64,000 nucleotides of DNA from Alloiococcus sp. Its GTDB lineage: Bacteria; Bacillota; Bacilli; Lactobacillales; Carnobacteriaceae_A. Shown one piece after another: positions 1 to 11,089 of this stretch. Position 1 is the stretch's first letter. Every line of letters begins with the position of its first letter. Under the pieces are notes generated by a model. That model saw only the letters and a list, made by a program, of their open reading frames with translations. It ran no database searches and had not been told where the DNA came from. The position numbers and the translations under genes were made by a program. The stretch lies in assembly GCA_035301245.1 (NCBI GenBank), contig DATGUS010000072.1, forward strand, positions 54,053-118,052. Reading direction: 5' to 3'.

Positions 1-2
1 TA

Positions 3-383
3 GAAAAAATGATGGCCGACAGTTCGAAATTAAAAGCGATCGAAAAAAGGAACAATACGATTGAAATTAGTAAAGCAATGTTCAATGATATTGTTAAAGA
101 ACCTGAACGTTTACATGAAGTGAATCAATTTTTATATGTGCACTTACCTTCATTAAATGATCTTGTAGAAAAATATACAGCCATTGAAAATCATAAAGCG
201 AAAAGTAAGGCAACCTATGATATCTTAAATAAATCAGCTAACACAATTGATCAGTTATGCGATCAAGTGACTAAAGACTATTTAAAGTTTAAAAAGACAG
301 ATGTAGCTTCTTTAGATACTAGTATTGAAATTTTAAACGAAACAATTAAAGAAGACTTTGATGATAGTAATAAGCAACTTTAA
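3..383 (+). CDS. xpaC: XpaC-like 5-bromo-4-chloroindolyl phosphate hydrolysis family protein (5' part outside window)
   Basis: Frame is open from the window edge; FLYVHLPSLNDLVEKY motif; directly upstream of telA as in the xpaC-yaaN pair. Confidence 0.75.
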   Translation, partial: EKMMADSSKLKAIEKRNNTIEISKAMFNDIVKEPERLHEVNQFLYVHLPSLNDLVEKYTAIENHKAKSKATYDILNKSANTIDQLCDQVTKDYLKFKKTDVASLDTSIEILNETIKEDFDDSNKQL

Positions 384-416
384 TTCATTACTGTCTTAAA
401 GAAAGGACGATATTTC

Positions 417-1607
417 TTGAAAAATAATAATCAAAATAACTTTGATAATTTGTTTAATGATCCTTTTCAGAAAATTAATCAATCTGATAATAGGACTCAA
501 TCTCAAACCACCAATGAACAAAATCAGTTACAGACAACTTATGAATCTCTATCCAGTGATCATCAATTAAAAGCTCAAGAGCTTTCTAAAAAAATTGATG
601 AATCAGATATCGATGCTGTTTTAAATTACGGAGCAGCTGCTCAGCAAAAGATTGGTGATTTCTCACAAAATGTGTTAGACCATGTTCAAAATCAAGATAC
701 TTCGCATATTGGCGATACATTAAATGATCTAATGTTCCAATTGAAAGAATCTGATCCAAGTGAATTAACAGCTAAAAATGCTAATATATTTAAGCGTATG
801 TTCAAAAAGATTAATCGATCGATTTACGAAACGACAGCTAAATATCAAAAAATAGGCGCACAAGTAGACAAGATTGCGAGCAAGTTAGATAAAGAAAAAA
901 ATGATTTGCTTAAAGATAACCAAATGCTTAGTGAGTTGTATGAACAAAACTACGACTTTTATGATGCGTTGAACGTATATATTGCTGCAGGGGAACTTAG
1001 ATTAGACCAATTAGAAACAGAATTAATCCCTAATGCGGTAAACGAAGCGGAAATTAATTCAAATAGTTTAGCGATTCAAAGAGTTAATGATTTAAATCAA
1101 TTCCAAACACGTTTAGAAAAACGTGTCCATGATTTAAAAACAGCTAGACAATTAACTATACAACAAGCTCCACAAATCAGATTAATCCAAAATACTAACC
1201 AAGCACTTGCAGAAAAAATTCAAACTTCAATTAATACGGCTATTCCACTTTGGAAAAACCAAGTTGTTATCGCATTGACACTACTGCGACAACAAGAAGC
1301 AATCACCGCTCAACGTCAAGTTTCTGAAACAACAAACGACATGCTTAAGAAAAATTCGGAAATGCTCAAACAATCTTCTGTAGAAACAGCACGTGAGAAT
1401 GAAAGAGCAGTTGTGGACATAGAGACTCTAGAGAACACACAAGCTAATTTAATTGAAACTTTAGAAGAAGTGTTACAGATTCAAAAAGAAGGGCATGCAA
1501 AACGTCAGGATGCAGAAAAACGACTTTATATTATGGAAGAACAGCTAAAAGATCAACTATTACAAATCAGCAATGAAGATTCTAATATCAATGATAACGA
1601 ACATTAG
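417..1607 (+). CDS. telA: Toxic anion resistance protein, TelA/YaaN family
   Basis: YGAAAQ, QQAPQIRLIQ and TAIPLWKNQ motifs; TTG start after GAAAGGA. Confidence 0.9.
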   Translation: MKNNNQNNFDNLFNDPFQKINQSDNRTQSQTTNEQNQLQTTYESLSSDHQLKAQELSKKIDESDIDAVLNYGAAAQQKIGDFSQNVLDHVQNQDTSHIGDTLNDLMFQLKESDPSELTAKNANIFKRMFKKINRSIYETTAKYQKIGAQVDKIASKLDKEKNDLLKDNQMLSELYEQNYDFYDALNVYIAAGELRLDQLETELIPNAVNEAEINSNSLAIQRVNDLNQFQTRLEKRVHDLKTARQLTIQQAPQIRLIQNTNQALAEKIQTSINTAIPLWKNQVVIALTLLRQQEAITAQRQVSETTNDMLKKNSEMLKQSSVETARENERAVVDIETLENTQANLIETLEEVLQIQKEGHAKRQDAEKRLYIMEEQLKDQLLQISNEDSNINDNEH

Positions 1608-1669
1608 CCAGTAGCTCTATTACAAATTAATATAACAAAACTAACACTTTTAAGCCTTATTAATTGTGT

Positions 1670-1697
1670 TACAGACAACTTGTCTGTATAATATAAT
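1670..1697 (+). promoter_or_regulatory. Promoter -10 region with overlapping perfect palindrome TACAGACAA-C-TTGTCTGTA
   Basis: 9-1-9 palindrome at 1670-1688; TATAAT at 1687-1692 and 1692-1697. Confidence 0.5.
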
Positions 1698-1735
1698 CAT
1701 AGTTGAATATAACTTTTAGAAAAGGAGAGATAAAA

Positions 1736-1972
1736 ATGATTGGATTATTAATCTCATTAATTGTTGGTGGTATCGTTGGTGCTCTAGCACAAAATGTTAT
1801 GAAGAAAAATGTTCCTGGTGGAATTATTGGTAACATTATTATAGGTTTCTTAGGATCTTCATTAGGAGGATTCTTATTAGGAGACTTTGGTCCAGCAATC
1901 TCAGGTTTTGCAATCATCCCTGCGATTATCGGTGCTATTTTAATTGTCGTAATTTATGATTTAATCTTTTAA
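1736..1972 (+). CDS. GlsB/YeaQ/YmgE family stress-response membrane protein
   Basis: Small Gly-rich hydrophobic protein (GGIIGNIIIGFLGS...PAIIGA); AAAGGAGA SD supports the ATG at 1736. Confidence 0.85.
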   Translation: MIGLLISLIVGGIVGALAQNVMKKNVPGGIIGNIIIGFLGSSLGGFLLGDFGPAISGFAIIPAIIGAILIVVIYDLIF

Positions 1973-1988
1973 TTAAACCATAAAGATT

Positions 1989-2019
1989 AGAGGCTGCTCA
2001 AAACGGGCAGCCTCTTTTG
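1989..2019 (+). terminator. Intrinsic terminator
   Basis: AGAGGCTGCTC-AAAAC-GGGCAGCCTCT followed by T residues. Confidence 0.8.
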
Positions 2020-2058
2020 TGTATATAACATCTTACTACTTAACTTATAAAGTATAAT

Positions 2059-2090
2059 AAAAGGTATGAGTAATTTACTCATACCTTTTT
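2059..2090 (-). terminator. ileS terminator (possibly bidirectional)
   Basis: AAAAGGTATGAGTA/TACTCATACCTTTT inverted repeat next to the ileS stop. Confidence 0.8.
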
Positions 2091-2093
2091 CTT

Positions 2094-4871
2094 TTATTTT
2101 AATAACTCTGGGAAGTGTTCTTCAACAATCGCTTTGCATCTTTGGCATAAAGTGCCTTTATCTTCTGGTAATTCGTATGGCTCATTTGTTGTAATACGGC
2201 AACGTGTACATACTTCACCTTCCATACGTTCAACTAAAACTGATACACCATCAAAGTCTAACACATTATCGTTTTCTGGTTTTTCAGCTAAATCTTTAAT
2301 TATTAAGCTAGATGTAATGAGTACTAATCGTAAGTTTACATCTAATGAATCAAGTAAAGCTTTCACATCATCGTTAACATATAATGTTGTTTTCGCTTCG
2401 AAATCTTTACCAATTACTTTATTTTCACGAGCCACTTCATTTGCTTTTAGAATAAAATCTCTGATTTTTAAGAATTTTGTCCAATTTTCAACTAATTCTT
2501 CAGAACCTTCATAATCAACCACTTCCGGAAGTTCTGCTAATTGAACATAATCTTCTTCTTCATCGAGATATGACCAAATTTCTTCAGCTGTATGTGGAAT
2601 AATTGGTGTTAATAATTTTGTTAATTTCACTAAGACTTCATAGAATACCGTCTGCATTGAACGACGACTTAATGAATCCTCTGGATCAATATATAACACA
2701 TCTTTAGAAATATTCATATAAAAGTTTGACATTGTTACAGTACAGAATTGGTTGATTTCTTTATAAATAGTGAGATAATCAAATTCGTCATAAGCTGTTC
2801 TTATTGTATCTACCATCTTATTTAGACGATTTAATACATATTGATCTAGACCAGTTAATTGGTTATAATCGACGCTATTTTCTGCCGGTTTAAAGTCTTC
2901 TGTGTTTTGGATTAAGAAACGAATTGTGTTACGGATCTTACGGTATACTTCAGCTACTTGGTTTAAAATATCCATACTGACACGTACGTCGGCACTGGTA
3001 TCCACACTAATAGTCCATAGACGAATTAAGTCCGCACCCATTTGATCTGCTACTTTATTCGGATCAATAATGTTACCCAGTGACTTACTCATCTTGTAAC
3101 CTTTACCGTCTAAAACAAATCCTTGTGATAAAACTGATTTGTATGGTGCTTGTTTATTAACAGCTACACCCGTTGTAATACTTGAGTTGAACCAACCACG
3201 ATACTGATCAGAACCTTCAAGATATAAATCTGCTGGATAACTTAAGTAGTCTCTACCTTTGAGAACCGCTTCGTGTGATGATCCTGAGTCGAACCATACA
3301 TCCATAATATCTGTTTCTTTCGTAAATTCACCATTTGGACTTGATGGGTGTGTGAAACCTTCTGGTAATAAATCTTTTGCTTCTCTTTCAAACCAAACAT
3401 TTGAACCGTGTTCTGCAATTAATTCTTCAACATGTGATAATGTTTCTTCAGTCATAATTGGTTCGCCATTCTCACCATAGAAAATTGGGAGTGGTACTCC
3501 CCAAGCACGTTGACGTGAAATCACCCAATCGCCACGATCTTTTACCATATTATAAAGACGTTGCATACCCCAGTCTTGAACCCAGTTTACTTTTTCAATT
3601 TCATCTAAAATATCTTGTCTGAATTTATCAATAGACGCAAACCACTGTGGTGTTGCTCTAAAGATAACTGGTTTTTTGGTACGCCAGTCATGTGGATAAC
3701 TGTGTGTGTGGAATTCCATGTGTAATAAGGCATTGTTTTCTTTTAATAAGTCTGTCGATTTAATATTTGCATCATCATAAAATAGGCCTTTGAATTCAGG
3801 AATTTCATCTGTAAAGTGACCAGTATCATTAATTGGTGAAATGACTGGTAATTTATATTTCTGACCGATAATATAGTCATCGTCACCATGTCCAGGTGCC
3901 GTATGCACTAAACCAGTACCACTATCAAATGTAACGTGATCCCCCAAAATAACTAATGATTCTCTATCTAAATAAGGATGATCACAAACAAGATATTCTA
4001 GGTTGTTTCCTTTAATTGTATCTAGAAGTTTAATGTCTTCCCACTCTAACTTATCAGCCACTTCTTTAGCTAATTCAGTAGCTACCATATATTTTTCGCC
4101 ATTTACTTGATAGATGCCGTAGTTACCTTCAGGATTCACTGCGATTGCAACGTTAGATGGTAACGTCCATGGTGTAGTAGTCCAAATAACCATTTTTGTT
4201 CCGTTCTCTACGATACCTTTACCATCTTTTACGTCAAAGCTAACGTAGATACTTGGACCGCGTACATCTTTATATTCAATTTCCGCTTCTGCTAGTGCAG
4301 ATTCACTAGATGGTGACCAGTAGATTGGTTTTAGGCCACGATAAATATAGCCTTGTAATGCCATTTTACTAAATACACGAATTTGTGCGGCTTCAAAATC
4401 TTTTGTTAATGTCACATAAGGTTCATCCCATAAGCCTTGTACACCTAGACGTTTAAAATCTTCTCGTTGTTGGTTAATTTGACCCCAAGCATATTCTTCA
4501 CATAACTTTCTGAATTCAGCTACTGACATAGACTTACGGTCAACACCAGTTTTAGTTAATGCCGATTCAATCGGTAAGCCGTGTGTATCCCAACCAGGTA
4601 CGTAAGGTGTATAATAACCAGTCATATTTTTATGACGATTAATAATATCTTTTGTAATTTTGTTTAATGCGTGACCAATATGAATATTTCCGTTAGCATA
4701 CGGAGGGCCATCGTGTAAAATGTAAGATTCTTTTCCTTTATTTTTTTCTAAAATGCGTTCATAAAGATTATTTTCTTCCCATTCTTTTTGATATTCTGGT
4801 TCTTTTTTAGCTAAACCAGCACGCATTGAAAATTTAGTCTTGAGTAAGTTTAACGTGTCTTTTACTTCCAT
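2094..4871 (-). CDS. ileS: Isoleucine--tRNA ligase (type 1)
   Basis: HIGH and KMSKS motifs, GWDTHGLP, C-terminal CxxC...CxxC; Ile T-box upstream. Confidence 0.98.
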   Translation of the reverse strand: MEVKDTLNLLKTKFSMRAGLAKKEPEYQKEWEENNLYERILEKNKGKESYILHDGPPYANGNIHIGHALNKITKDIINRHKNMTGYYTPYVPGWDTHGLPIESALTKTGVDRKSMSVAEFRKLCEEYAWGQINQQREDFKRLGVQGLWDEPYVTLTKDFEAAQIRVFSKMALQGYIYRGLKPIYWSPSSESALAEAEIEYKDVRGPSIYVSFDVKDGKGIVENGTKMVIWTTTPWTLPSNVAIAVNPEGNYGIYQVNGEKYMVATELAKEVADKLEWEDIKLLDTIKGNNLEYLVCDHPYLDRESLVILGDHVTFDSGTGLVHTAPGHGDDDYIIGQKYKLPVISPINDTGHFTDEIPEFKGLFYDDANIKSTDLLKENNALLHMEFHTHSYPHDWRTKKPVIFRATPQWFASIDKFRQDILDEIEKVNWVQDWGMQRLYNMVKDRGDWVISRQRAWGVPLPIFYGENGEPIMTEETLSHVEELIAEHGSNVWFEREAKDLLPEGFTHPSSPNGEFTKETDIMDVWFDSGSSHEAVLKGRDYLSYPADLYLEGSDQYRGWFNSSITTGVAVNKQAPYKSVLSQGFVLDGKGYKMSKSLGNIIDPNKVADQMGADLIRLWTISVDTSADVRVSMDILNQVAEVYRKIRNTIRFLIQNTEDFKPAENSVDYNQLTGLDQYVLNRLNKMVDTIRTAYDEFDYLTIYKEINQFCTVTMSNFYMNISKDVLYIDPEDSLSRRSMQTVFYEVLVKLTKLLTPIIPHTAEEIWSYLDEEEDYVQLAELPEVVDYEGSEELVENWTKFLKIRDFILKANEVARENKVIGKDFEAKTTLYVNDDVKALLDSLDVNLRLVLITSSLIIKDLAEKPENDNVLDFDGVSVLVERMEGEVCTRCRITTNEPYELPEDKGTLCQRCKAIVEEHFPELLK

Positions 4872-4894
4872 CTATTTTCCCCTTCTCTTTTCAA

Positions 4895-5126
4895 ATAAAA
4901 AAAGACTTCATCCAAAGGACGAAATCTTCGTGGTACCACCTTAATTTGAGATGGTGAGCAAAGCCTGCTTCCATCTCCTTAAATTTCTTAACGCGAAATG
5001 AAACGATTATGGTTACATATTCACCATAATAATAAAGTGGATGATATCTAGTCTTATATAGTTATCAATCTCTCACCATTCATTGACTCGCTTAAACCAT
5101 TGACAAAACTAAACGTGTTCCACCTA
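4895..5126 (-). ncRNA. T-box riboswitch, Ile (AUC specifier)
   Basis: T-box AAGGTGGTACCACG at 4929-4942; AGCGA and GGTGAGA Stem I motifs; specifier AUC at 5043-5045; terminator with U-tract near 4895-4928. Confidence 0.92.
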
Positions 5127-5147
5127 TTTATATTGTTTAATTTTAAA

Positions 5148-5840
5148 TTACTTTTCGTCAGGAAATTCTACAGCAACCGTATGTCCTTCTGAATTTTTAC
5201 CAGATTGATCAGAAGGTTGATTTTTTTCTTGAGTTTTAGTAATTTCGCTTTGCGTATTTGACTCATTTGTATTTTTATTATCATCAAGCTTAGCCGCCAT
5301 AGCGACTGCACTTTTAGTTTCTGTTAAATCAATTTGTTTAATTGTTTCCATACTTAAAACTTTGTCCCATCGATTATCAGTAATCGTTGTATGATAATGT
5401 TTTAACATGTCATGTAATTCATATTTAAAGTTAACACTTTGTTCCCGTAAAGCTTCCATTTCTTTTTGAACAAAATGAACTTTATTGATCGCCTCTTCTA
5501 ATAAGTCATGAGACTTTTTACGGGAAGCTTCTCGAATACGATCTGCTTCATTTTGGGCTTCAGAAACTAAATGATTAGCTTCCGCATGAGCATCCTCTTT
5601 TAATCGATCTGCTGCATCTTGTGCTACTAGAATAGAACGATTTAATGAATCATGCTTTTCAACATACTCATCTAACTTTACAGTTAACATTTCTATTCTA
5701 TCATTTAAATCATTATTTTCAGCAGTTAATTCAGCATAGTCTTTAGCGATCACTTCTAAAAATGATTTGACTTCTTCTTGGTCATACCCCCGTATACGAG
5801 TACTAAATTCTTTATTTGTAATTTCGTTAGAAGTTATCAT
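5148..5840 (-). CDS. divIVA: Cell division protein DivIVA
   Basis: N-terminal KEFSTRIRGYDQEEV domain plus coiled coil; ATG at 5840 after AGGAG; position at the end of the dcw cluster. Confidence 0.93.
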   Translation of the reverse strand: MITSNEITNKEFSTRIRGYDQEEVKSFLEVIAKDYAELTAENNDLNDRIEMLTVKLDEYVEKHDSLNRSILVAQDAADRLKEDAHAEANHLVSEAQNEADRIREASRKKSHDLLEEAINKVHFVQKEMEALREQSVNFKYELHDMLKHYHTTITDNRWDKVLSMETIKQIDLTETKSAVAMAAKLDDNKNTNESNTQSEITKTQEKNQPSDQSGKNSEGHTVAVEFPDEK

Positions 5841-5900
5841 ACTCCTGCCTCCCACATGAATATAGTATATATAATTTACTGATAAACCTCAAGTTATTAT

Positions 5901-6680
5901 TTAGTGGAGCAATTTAAAAACTTTAACTACATATTTGTTTTTTTTGGATCGACTGATTGTACTATCATATTTAATTCTTCCAAATCCTCGAATGGACACC
6001 ATATCATTCTCTTCAATATTGATATTAACTTTATCGATTTCAGTCCAGTTTAATTTTACTCGATTATTTAAAATTAATTTCTGAGCTTTATCTCTACCTA
6101 AGTTCAGACAACTAGCTATAAAAACATCTAGTCTAAGTGAAGAGATGATTTCAGTCGCTTCTATCCAATCTTCTTCTGGATTGATAATGTCCTGCTCGTC
6201 TATTTCTAATAAATTGACCTTTGTCCGACCAATTTTATCTAATTGTAATTTTAAAAAATCAGTCATCGTTTGATCAACGAAAAATTGCCATCGATCATCT
6301 TCATTAATAATGTCGCCTAATTTATCGCGTGTTAATCCGCAACCTAAAAAGGATCCCATGATACTACCATGGGTTAACGTACTGAACTTTTTGGGATATC
6401 TGATTTCAATAACAGATAGTTCAAAATCGGAGTCACCGACTTCATAATAAGATGGATAAATAAACGCACGCTGACGTTCAGCTCTCTCATATCCTCCATT
6501 ATATTGAACCTGAATATCATTATATTGTCCAACAATAGTCTTTAAAATATATTGTTCTCTTGGATTCAAAAAAGAACTAAGATAAGGCGTGTATTGATTT
6601 TCTACACGCCTTACCCAGTCAATAGCCATATCGATAAAATCTTTTTCTGAATCTCTAAAATGTTGGTATAAATTACTCAT
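5901..6680 (-). CDS. ylmH: YlmH S4-domain RNA-binding protein
   Basis: FLNPREQ, GGYERAER, SLRLD...VSIRGFGR motifs; synteny. Confidence 0.9.
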   Translation of the reverse strand: MSNLYQHFRDSEKDFIDMAIDWVRRVENQYTPYLSSFLNPREQYILKTIVGQYNDIQVQYNGGYERAERQRAFIYPSYYEVGDSDFELSVIEIRYPKKFSTLTHGSIMGSFLGCGLTRDKLGDIINEDDRWQFFVDQTMTDFLKLQLDKIGRTKVNLLEIDEQDIINPEEDWIEATEIISSLRLDVFIASCLNLGRDKAQKLILNNRVKLNWTEIDKVNINIEENDMVSIRGFGRIKYDSTISRSKKNKYVVKVFKLLH

Positions 6681-6699
6681 ACTTTAGATTTCCTATCTT

Positions 6700-6987
6700 T
6701 TAAGCAAATAAACGGATCAGGATGTTGATAATTGCAATGACGCCTTGTTCAACAAAGAATAAGGAGAAGTATGCAACCATCCCTGCAATACTGATCATAC
6801 CAATGGGGGGAATAAATTGTCTGAAAATCCCAACATATGGTTCACAAATTTTAACAAGCATTTGCCCAAATGATGACTGATAAGCACCAGGTAACCAAGA
6901 TAGTAAAAAGTAGATTAATAATATCCAACGATAAACATTAATAAGTTGAAGTATTAATTGCCCCACAGTTATTAGCAATTGTGGCAT
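6700..6987 (-). CDS. ylmG: YggT/YlmG family membrane protein
   Basis: LLSWLP...EPY...IPPIG motifs; synteny. Confidence 0.9.
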   Translation of the reverse strand: MPQLLITVGQLILQLINVYRWILLIYFLLSWLPGAYQSSFGQMLVKICEPYVGIFRQFIPPIGMISIAGMVAYFSLFFVEQGVIAIINILIRLFA

Positions 6988-7003
6988 TGATCATTCTCCC
7001 TAT

Positions 7004-7471
7004 TTACATTCTGTCATTTGTATTAATCGAACTTAGTTCATCTACATCAATTTCAACACCAGATGGTGTACATAAGAAAATGGAATCGCCAATTTTTTGA
7101 ATATCACCATCAGCCGCATAGGTAGTTCCCATCATAAAATCAATAACTTTTTTAGCTTGATCATTTTCCATACGTCTAAAATTTATGATTACTGATTGGT
7201 TAGATAAAACAATATCTGCAATATCTTTCACTTCTGAATAAAGTCTTGGTTCGATTATTTTAATTCGTGTTTTTCGATTGATTTCACTTTTTGATGATAC
7301 CAAACTTAGCCCTCCACTCTTCTTTTGTTTAGGTCTTGTTGAGTGATGTGGCGCCTCATTTAATGGTTCATTCTTCACCACCATATTAGGCTTAGCGCTC
7401 TCAACCGAATTATCGTCAAAATCGTCATCATCTAGCATAAAAAAGCTCGTAAATTTTTCTTTAAAACTCAT
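7004..7471 (-). CDS. sepF: Cell division protein SepF
   Basis: EPRLYSE...IDFMMGTTYA...IFLCTP. Confidence 0.93.
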   Translation of the reverse strand: MSFKEKFTSFFMLDDDDFDDNSVESAKPNMVVKNEPLNEAPHHSTRPKQKKSGGLSLVSSKSEINRKTRIKIIEPRLYSEVKDIADIVLSNQSVIINFRRMENDQAKKVIDFMMGTTYAADGDIQKIGDSIFLCTPSGVEIDVDELSSINTNDRM

Positions 7472-7496
7472 TACTTACTCCTTTCACTAATGATGG

Positions 7497-8714
7497 TTAA
7501 TTTTTACGACGTCGTCTGAAAAATGGAGGTGTATCCAGCTCATCATTATCACTAGCATTTTGGTTGTTGTCAGATGAAGAACCGAATAAATCTTTAGAAC
7601 GATCTACATCACGACGCTCTTGTGGTTGTTCAGGTGTACGCTCTTGTGTTGGTTCATTTGATGCAGGAGAATTCCACGAACCAAATGTTGAACCAGACGA
7701 TGATTTTGGTTGTGCCTGTTGACGGTTAGATGTGTTAGCAGGCTTTTCTCCCATATCTTTACCATTAATACCAGTTGCAATAACTGTAACTACAACTTCG
7801 TCCCCTAGATCTTCATTGATTGAAGTACCAAAGATAATATTTACATCACCTGAAGCTGCTGCTGCAACAATATCTGATGCATCTTGTGCTTCAAATAACG
7901 TTAAGTCTTGGTTTCCTGTAATGTTTAATAGGACATTTTCGGCACCATTTAATGAGACTTCTAATAGTGGAGAAGAAATTGCTTTTTTTGTAGCATCTGC
8001 TGTTCTATTTTCACCAGTTGATGAACCAATACCCATTAATGCTGAACCTTGGTTAGCCATTACTGTTTTCACATCAGCAAAGTCTAAGTTAACGTATCCT
8101 GGATTTGTTATTAAGTCAGAAATACCTTGTACACCTTGACGTAATACGTTATCTGCTTCTCTAAATGCTTCTAACATAGGTGTTTTCTTATCTACAATTT
8201 CTAATAAGCGGTTGTTTGAAATCGTTACTAACGTATCTACGTGTTCACGCATTTGTGCAATACCTTCTGCTGCGAAGCGACCACGTTTTGGACCTTCAAA
8301 TGTGAATGGACGTGTGATCACACCAACAGTTAAAGAACCTTGGTCTTTGGCAATTTTAGCAATAATTGCTGCTGCACCAGTACCAGTACCGCCACCCATA
8401 CCTGCAGTAACAAACACCATGTCCGCACCTTCAAGGGCTTCTGCTAAAACTTCTTCACTTTCTTCAGCAGATTTACGACCAATTTCAGGATTAGCGCCAG
8501 CACCTAAACCGCGAGTTAACTTTTCTCCCAATTGAATTTTTGTTTCTGCTCTATTGGCGTCTAATGCTTGTACGTCTGTATTCGCTACGATGAACTCAAC
8601 ACCTTGTACACCGTCTTCTATCATACGGTTAACTGCGTTACCACCAGCACCACCGACACCAATAACTTTTATTTTTGCTCCATTTGTAATTGAGTTATCT
8701 AAGTTGAAATCCAT
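7497..8714 (-). CDS. ftsZ: Cell division protein FtsZ
   Basis: GGGTGTG tubulin signature; C-terminal DTPPFFRR. Confidence 0.99.
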   Translation of the reverse strand: MDFNLDNSITNGAKIKVIGVGGAGGNAVNRMIEDGVQGVEFIVANTDVQALDANRAETKIQLGEKLTRGLGAGANPEIGRKSAEESEEVLAEALEGADMVFVTAGMGGGTGTGAAAIIAKIAKDQGSLTVGVITRPFTFEGPKRGRFAAEGIAQMREHVDTLVTISNNRLLEIVDKKTPMLEAFREADNVLRQGVQGISDLITNPGYVNLDFADVKTVMANQGSALMGIGSSTGENRTADATKKAISSPLLEVSLNGAENVLLNITGNQDLTLFEAQDASDIVAAAASGDVNIIFGTSINEDLGDEVVVTVIATGINGKDMGEKPANTSNRQQAQPKSSSGSTFGSWNSPASNEPTQERTPEQPQERRDVDRSKDLFGSSSDNNQNASDNDELDTPPFFRRRRKN

Positions 8715-8741
8715 TATTTTTATTCCTCCTGAATGCTATTG

Positions 8742-10073
8742 TTATTCAAAAAAGTTAGTAAAGAAATTTTTAATTTTATCTATAAACTGATCTGATGATT
8801 TCGACTCTATTGATTGATCACTATAGTCGTATTCATTATCATCATATTGATAATCTGATACTTGCTGAGATGGTTGTGGTATTTGCCGTTGATTCTGTTC
8901 TTCGACTGATTGAATACCTGCTTGTCTTAAAATAGATTTATTTATTTCTCGTTGAATATCAGTTGTTTGTGCCTGGTAAAGAGCTAATCCGATAGCCACA
9001 GAGAATGCCGGAGTTCTAATGCCCATATAATCTGGAATATATTTTTCTGTTCTCACATCAAAAATATCTTCAGCTAGATCAGTAACACCAGGTATAGACG
9101 CTGTCCCACCAGAAAGAACAACACCTCCTGGAAGTTGCAATGCATTAATCGGATCTAAATCCGCTTTAATTTTATCAAATATTTGGGCGATTCGTGCTTC
9201 GATAATTTCGCCTATATATGACTCTTTGATCTTAGCCGGCTCATCTTGTCCAACAACATCAACTTCAATAACCGCTCTGGAATCACCTTGAATTGCTCCA
9301 ACTTCTTTTTTCAACTGATCAGCATTTTGAGTTGATGTATTCAATACGATTGAAATATCTTTCGTAATGAAGTCGCCACCTTCTTGAACAACAGATGCAA
9401 ACTTCACTTGGTCATCATGAATCGCTGAGACGGTCGTTTGACCCCCTCCGATATCAATCAATACTGTACCAAAATTACGTTCATCTTGTGTTAAAGCTAC
9501 TTTAGCTAATGCTTCAGGTTGTAAAACAAGTCCAGCAATATTAAAACCAGCTTTCTCAACACATCGTTTAATATTGTGTAAGATAGTCTTTGGTACTGAT
9601 ATAGCTGTACCATACATTTCAAGTCGTTGACCGACCATACTTCTTGGATCGTTTATTTCATCAAAACCGTCTACGATAAACTCTTCTAACGTCACTGATA
9701 ATAAGTCACGTTCAGGTGGAACAATATTGGCAATTGATTGGTTTACTACATTGTTAACATCCTCAATAGTTATTTCTGAGGAACGATCACTAACAGTTAT
9801 TACGCCGTGGCATGGTTCAATACTGACACCATTAGACGGTACTCCTACGATCAGATTGTTGATCATGACACCTGTCTTTTCAGATGCTTTATTCACTGCT
9901 TTTTGAATAGCTTGGACTGTTGCATCTATGTCAACAATCATTCCCCTTTTTAAACCCTTTGATTCTGCATTTCCTACTCCAATAACTTTTAGTTTATTAT
10001 TATCTAATTCACTCACAACTACTTTTATTGAAGTGGTTCCAATATCTAGGCTTGTAAAAACCTTTTTTTCCAT
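8742..10073 (-). CDS. ftsA: Cell division protein FtsA
   Basis: LDIGTTSIK and IDIGGG motifs, amphipathic C-terminus; start moved to the ATG at 10073 after GGAGGT. Confidence 0.96.
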   Translation of the reverse strand: MEKKVFTSLDIGTTSIKVVVSELDNNKLKVIGVGNAESKGLKRGMIVDIDATVQAIQKAVNKASEKTGVMINNLIVGVPSNGVSIEPCHGVITVSDRSSEITIEDVNNVVNQSIANIVPPERDLLSVTLEEFIVDGFDEINDPRSMVGQRLEMYGTAISVPKTILHNIKRCVEKAGFNIAGLVLQPEALAKVALTQDERNFGTVLIDIGGGQTTVSAIHDDQVKFASVVQEGGDFITKDISIVLNTSTQNADQLKKEVGAIQGDSRAVIEVDVVGQDEPAKIKESYIGEIIEARIAQIFDKIKADLDPINALQLPGGVVLSGGTASIPGVTDLAEDIFDVRTEKYIPDYMGIRTPAFSVAIGLALYQAQTTDIQREINKSILRQAGIQSVEEQNQRQIPQPSQQVSDYQYDDNEYDYSDQSIESKSSDQFIDKIKNFFTNFFE

Positions 10074-10222
10074 ATTAATTGAAACCTCCATATCTAATAG
10101 AATATTACTATTGTATCTGTTTAATTTTACCATAAACAAACACATTTGTTTAACAATCTATGTATTTTTTACACGATTGTAAGATAAGTTTTTAAACATT
10201 ATATAAATTCAAAATTTTATCA

Positions 10223-11059
10223 TTAATTATTCTCATTTCGAGTACTCTCTTCATCTTCTTCAACTTCTTCATTTCCCGATTCTTTCGATTCTTCTTCAGA
10301 AGTTATTTCTAATCCTTCTGTAGAAGATGAACTTTGATTGCTATTATAAGGCGTAAAGAATGTTCCTGCTTCGAGATCAAAAACCCCCAGTTCATTATCT
10401 ACTGCATCGGATAGTAATGGGTAATAGTTTATCCGGTTAGCAAAGTTTAAAATATTTATTAAGACTTGGCTTCCATCATTCATATTCACTTTTAATAGTT
10501 CAGGATTTCTTTCTTTTCCTAAAAGTTCAATTTCAGAAATTAACGCCAAAACAGATTCATTCGTTTCATTTAACTCTTCTAGTAAATTGTCAAACTCTTT
10601 AGATTCTGTATCAAAATTAATTAGGAACGGGATAGAACTAACACTTGAATAATCATTTTGAACGATATCATTGTTTTCTAAAATGATTACTGATTCGCCT
10701 TCTTCTGATTCCATTTGGGCAATTAATCGATACTCTGAAACAATGATATTTAATGTCTGCCTATTCTCTATTTCGATTGATGTACTTTCAATTTCAGGCA
10801 CATTATCAACTAAACTATTTTCGTGATATTTTTTATCGAGCCATGTTTCCCAAAGGGGCATACCGGTATTCACTCCAGAATTTATCAAGATTGTTTGTTC
10901 TGGCAAATGTTTATTTCCTTTAACATTAATTGTTTTAATCTTATTAAGCGGTGAGAGCAAATAAACAGATAGTATTAAAAGCAATCCAAAAAAAACAAAT
11001 AGCCCAATAGCTTTATTATTTATTTTTCGTTTATTGGATGCATGATTAAATTGATTCAA
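10223..11059 (-). CDS. divIB: Cell division protein DivIB/FtsQ
   Basis: Single TM helix then POTRA (SPLNKIKTINVKGN); lies between murG and ftsA; TTG start after GAGGAGG. Confidence 0.88.
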   Translation of the reverse strand: MNQFNHASNKRKINNKAIGLFVFFGLLLILSVYLLSPLNKIKTINVKGNKHLPEQTILINSGVNTGMPLWETWLDKKYHENSLVDNVPEIESTSIEIENRQTLNIIVSEYRLIAQMESEEGESVIILENNDIVQNDYSSVSSIPFLINFDTESKEFDNLLEELNETNESVLALISEIELLGKERNPELLKVNMNDGSQVLINILNFANRINYYPLLSDAVDNELGVFDLEAGTFFTPYNSNQSSSSTEGLEITSEEESKESGNEEVEEDEESTRNENN

Positions 11060-11089
11060 CTGACAGCCTCCTCAAAATTAAAATAAAAA

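Noticed and set aside
1669-1917. 82-aa minus-strand ORF
   Set aside because: Antisense shadow of the GlsB/YmgE gene; no SD and no recognisable motif
3691-3699. Perfect DnaA box TGTGGATAA inside ileS
   Set aside because: Encodes the conserved YPH motif; most likely chance
2134-10182. Plus-strand ORFs inside ileS, ftsZ and ftsA (2134, 3259, 7732, 8212, 8554, 9928)
   Set aside because: Antisense shadows of conserved genes, caused by codon bias
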